Below are positions 61,001 through 64,000 of a stretch of DNA of 64,000 nucleotides, piece by piece (position 1 is the first letter of the stretch; each line of letters begins with the position of its first letter). The stretch covers positions 4,032,001 to 4,096,000 of the forward strand of contig CM119372.1 in assembly GCA_051294905.1 (NCBI GenBank), in the 5' to 3' direction. Source of the DNA: Botryllus schlosseri. Its lineage: Eukaryota. The notes below the pieces were generated by a model that saw nothing but the letters and a program-made list of their open reading frames with translations, did no database searches and was not told the origin of the DNA. A program made the position numbers and the translations under genes.

Positions 61001-61844
61001 TAGCCGTCCCGTACCATTGAAAACATCCGAAAATTGTTCACATATTTGATCAAACTCCAGTGTAGCAAAATTGGCGAATTCAGGATCCTTCGCTGTAAGA
61101 GCTTGTACTGAAGGTTCCTCGATCATTATGTTTTCAAAATTGATCGTAATTAGTTTCATCCTTTGAGCATCGGCGGAACCAATGATGGAAGTGTTCGGCT
61201 TCTCAACCACTACAAATTCTAGCAAGTAGTTTTCACCATTCTTTTTATTGGTGATTTCCAACGTTGTTATTCCGAGAGGCCTTATCACTTCCTTATTATA
61301 TACAACCAGTCTCATAGAAGTAGGTTTCAAGTTGAGCATTTTTGTGTCACCAGTTACATTCAAGTAATCTCGCCATGAAAGAACATTTACGGTTGCGCCA
61401 CAATCAATTTGGAATTTTACATACATGTTAACCAGGTATAACAGAGCAAATATTTTCTTAACATAGGATTCCTCCGTAGCACTCACATGTTCAAACGAAA
61501 GAACTTCGTCATCCTCTTCTTCATCCGACTCAATGCGATCAGCTGATATCATCATCACAGTTGCCTGACATGCCACGGCAAAATGGTCTTTTCCGTTACA
61601 GCGTGAACAAGTTTTGCCGTTAGCCGGGCAATATCGCCGACCAAAAACATGCACCTTTCTACAAAACTTGTTTCTTGGTATACATTTATTATGGCTTCCA
61701 TGTGCCATCAACCAGAGATGAGATAAGAGATGAAGCGGTCAAGCACGAGTGATGCGGTCACGCACAGTTGGGTAAGGCATGACGTCATACCTTGCTACTT
61801 TACAGGGAAGCATCATCATAATACATACAATAACCCACGTAACA
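58073..61844 (-). mobile_element. Young Gypsy LTR retrotransposon lacking PBS and capsid gag
   Basis: Identical 176-bp LTRs at 58073-58248 and 61669-61844 with TG...CA ends. 5-bp TSD GACAG at 58068-58072 and 61845-61849. Polypurine tract GAGAAAGGGA next to the 3' LTR. Confidence 0.95.
58322..61708 (-). CDS. Gypsy polyprotein: CCHC knuckle, protease, RT, RNase H, integrase (~1128 aa)
   Basis: Uninterrupted ORF with CSRCNGKDHFAVAC, FQIDCGA, RLPFG...VADDILIYG, CDAS...NYAQIEKE...SDHKPL, HASH...CPTC and DLCEF/TDNG/NGKAE, in Gypsy domain order. Confidence 0.95.
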   Translation of the reverse strand: MAHGSHNKCIPRNKFCRKVHVFGRRYCPANGKTCSRCNGKDHFAVACQATVMMISADRIESDEEEDDEVLSFEHVSATEESYVKKIFALLYLVNMYVKFQIDCGATVNVLSWRDYLNVTGDTKMLNLKPTSMRLVVYNKEVIRPLGITTLEITNKKNGENYLLEFVVVEKPNTSIIGSADAQRMKLITINFENIMIEEPSVQALTAKDPEFANFATLEFDQICEQFSDVFNGTGRLEGKLHLEIDDTINPVQMPVRKIPLALEAQVKEKIDSLVDADIIAPVDCHTPWISNLVTVKKQSGDIRLCLDPLALNKALKRNNYPMPTVDDVLPYMHNAKVFTLCDVKNGFWHVELDDTSSYLTTFGTPYGRYRWLRLPFGISPAPEEFMRRLKIALDGLEGITPVADDILIYGVGDTVEEATMDNKKKFFELLKRCQQTGIKLNKAKLRYLQTEVPYLGHTISKDGLKPSSSKIEGIIKMPPPTDKQGVQRILAMTNFLQRFAPKLSDITAPIRELLKKDNAFIWDPILHGTCFEKIKQTLINAPVLQYFDKNAPMVLQCDASSKGLGCCVLQNSHPVAYASRALTTTECNYAQIEKELLAILFAMEKFELYVYGRFVTVESDHKPLEVITKKSLVNAPKRLQRMLLQLQKYDFEVIYKPGSQLFVADTLSRAYIPKSPKDAETADVFDIFQQIEHIDMLNDVPVSSSTLGMVSQATISDSVMNTLISFIKHGWPNEAKLVPQSIRNFYCFKEELTFQDQIVLKGDRIVIPSSIKGTILKRLHASHVGIQGCVRRARECLYWPNMVNDITDFVSSCPTCGLHQPNQQKESLISHPVPGRPWQIISSDLCEFDGQHYLITVDHYSDYFEVDRLTSQTSTAVICRLKSHMARHGICEKLITDNGPCYAAHDFEAFAKEYEFEHVTSSPGHSQSNGKAESAVKIFKSLLRKATTDKKDINIVLLDWRNTPGETVPGSPAQRLFGRRTKTLLPIATKLLEPKIVSGVIPSLMDRKRKQAKYYNRGAKDLALLSPGQQVRFKRTENGLWLEAVVIKQLNDRSYIVKATDGTIYRRNRKFIRTTVTRPHVAFDFDDISIARPAVVNSDTNGSLSGSSSSRPSRTVIRPAYLQDYVTT

Positions 61845-63079
61845 GACAGAACTAAGTTCAACAGCCGAATGAGACCCCTGCTGCATTTGCTGCTGCTCTC
61901 CGAGAATTGGTAGTTAAAGGCTACAAGATGATTAAAAGTGGGTGATGACTCGGCTCAATTAATGAGTTCCAATAATGTCACGTGAAGCATTTTTCAAATT
62001 AAGAATCAATTTTAGTTCCTGCTCACAGTCAATTATGTGTGACTGGAATATCCACCCTTGGCCAGTGGATGTTAAGGGGGTTACTTCTGTAGTTGAGCCA
62101 GTCAGGGATTTTTCGTGGGCTCAGAATAAGTCTGGGGTGTATGTGTGTCCTGCTTTCGTTGCTGCACCAGAATGCTTAGTGCCAGTTGTGGTTGAGAATG
62201 ATTTGCCCTGCAGTCAACTTTCAGGATGTACATGGATGCCGTTCTGGCATTACCAGTATGAAGAAGAGTGAAGATGAAGAGGTGCCCCCGGGTGAAGCAA
62301 AGTCCTATTTAGGTGAAGAATCAGAATTCCAGATGAAAGAATTTCCCGATCATCCGAGTTCCATATTAGATGGGGTTCAGGTCTTGCGGAAGAGCAGTGC
62401 TGGATCTCTTGACTGAGTTCCAGGATGTTTTCATTGTTGCGGATGGTAAACTCGGACAGACACAAGTTTTGCAGCATAGAATCACTCTCACCACCGAACA
62501 GCCTGTCAAAGTACGTCCTTGGCGCATGGGCTGGGAGACACGAAAGTTGGCTATTCAAGAAGTGGAAAAGCTGAGAGAACGGAACTTGATAGAGGAGTCT
62601 GATTCACCTTTCAATGCACCAATCATGCTGGTTCCTGGAGGATTGTTCTAGATTACAGAAAACTGAATAGCGTAACGGTCATTACCTCGAATTGAAGATA
62701 TTCTGGATTCGTTATGAGGCGCCTTGTGGTTTTCATGTTTGGACTTGGCTAGCGGGTTTTTCCAAGTCACAATAGATCCTAAGGATCGCCCCAAAACAGC
62801 CTTTAGTGTTCCAGGTCATAACCATTACCAATTTACTGTACTTCCCATGGAATTGCCAAATTCGCCAGCTCTGTTTCAGAGATTGATGGAGAAAGTTACT
62901 ACTACTATGGTCATTTACACCAGGCCAATATTCTTAGTTTTGTTTCTATTCCGTAACTGCCGACTTGTAGCACCACCCTCTTCCAGGCTTTTTGTAAGAC
63001 ACTGTTTATGCGGCTGAGTCGAGCTCGGTCACTAAAACCCGCAACCCATTGGTGTTGCAGCTGTGGATTTGACCACTAC

Positions 63080-63330
63080 GCTATCTCGCCAAGCGTGCCA
63101 GGGTTGCCGACCCCTGGCGTAGCCAATACTTCTCTTGCTGTGAAACCCAGCCAGTGACATTCGCTGTAGCGTAGCCAAGACTCTGGGTATGAACGTAAAC
63201 TGGTGACATTCGCTTATATTATGGCGTTAGTGTAGCCAATACTTAACGTAAATCGGTGACATTCGCTGGCACTATAGCGTAGCCAATATTTCTCAGGTTG
63301 TGAAGGTAGTCCAATGACATTCATCGGCTA
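63080..63330. repeat. Degenerate ~50-60-bp tandem repeat
   Basis: Recurrent GCGTAGCCAATACT...GTGACATTCGCT units. Confidence 0.65.
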
Positions 63331-64000
63331 TCTATAAGAAATGACAATTCGGCGTCACAACGCGCTCAATTTGAGCCCGGTAAATACGATCGTGAATAGC
63401 GGTCAGTTGCGGGATAGTGGTTGCGCGAGCGGGTCGTGCGAGAGACGTCATAACTTCTGGTTGAATGGGGTTGATGACGTCATATTTGATGTGATATTCA
63501 TCCTTGCCAACTCTGCGTTTAGCTTCAGGTTTTCTTTTCGGCGTGAATCGCAACCTAACTGCTTTTTACACAGCAACTAGCAAAGAATATGATTGGATAT
63601 TTTAGCCAGATATGCATAGTCTTGACTGCCTGAACCCATTTACGATGAGAAAAGTTACATACACTCATTATGCATAGCCAAGTAGCCTTGTAGTTTTATT
63701 ACACTACACTCTTTTGCTGAAGCTCCAGCATTTGTTTTTCTGTCTCCATGACCAGGCACTGTCTGTAATAAAATACTTGAATTACTATGTTTTTGAATTA
63801 ATTATTATTCAATCTGCATGTGGCGTCTTTAGCCGAGCACCATTTTTTGTACTTCCAGGATAGCTAGCAGTCATATATGCTAGTGACACAAGCTGAGAAG
63901 CTGACTTTGACCATCTCTACAGTCTTCTAAAAGAAGTATCCAACCAATGGTGGCTTTTCAGACTTTTTCAGAACAATTTTGAAATACGAATCTTCAAAAC

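Larger units (their letters stand above)
55911..62900 (+). mobile_element. Old degenerate Gypsy-type LTR retrotransposon, host of two insertions
   Basis: Putative 5' LTR TGTTAT...CTACA (55911-56543; start uncertain). PBS TGGCGAGCACGCCAGGA at 56545-56561. Gag remnants (HLRKRFG, QQPNETPAAFAAALREL). RT remnants at 62370-62900 (SPFNAPIMLV, DYRKLN, LDLASGFFQV, KTAF, NSPALFQRLM) with stops and frameshifts. No 3' LTR in the window. Confidence 0.75.

Overview
Eukaryotic, AT-rich, repeat-dense animal genomic DNA. Gene content and intron style suggest a marine invertebrate, possibly a tunicate, but the sequence alone does not prove this. Four spliced genes were rebuilt by hand with GT-AG introns and consistent phases: mitochondrial citrate synthase (+, 2 exons), TPGS2 (-, 6-7 exons), THOC1 (+, 16 exons, head-to-head with TPGS2), and an unrecognised ~500-aa gene (-, about 9 exons) with an RFX X-box-like motif upstream. 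The rest is a dense set of mobile elements with readable terminal inverted repeats (TIRs) and target-site duplications (TSDs): hAT-type MITEs and foldbacks, a P/Galileo-like palindrome, a Harbinger derivative, a 6-kb CMC/EnSpm-like element, LINE fragments, tiny solo LTRs, and a young Gypsy element nested in an older Gypsy. Two observations stand out. First, a dispersed ~190-bp repeat (about 10 copies) carries a minimal Penelope-type hammerhead ribozyme motif with a possible activating pseudoknot or switch. Second, the young Gypsy has identical LTRs and an intact pol but has lost its primer-binding site and capsid gag exactly at the LTR end.
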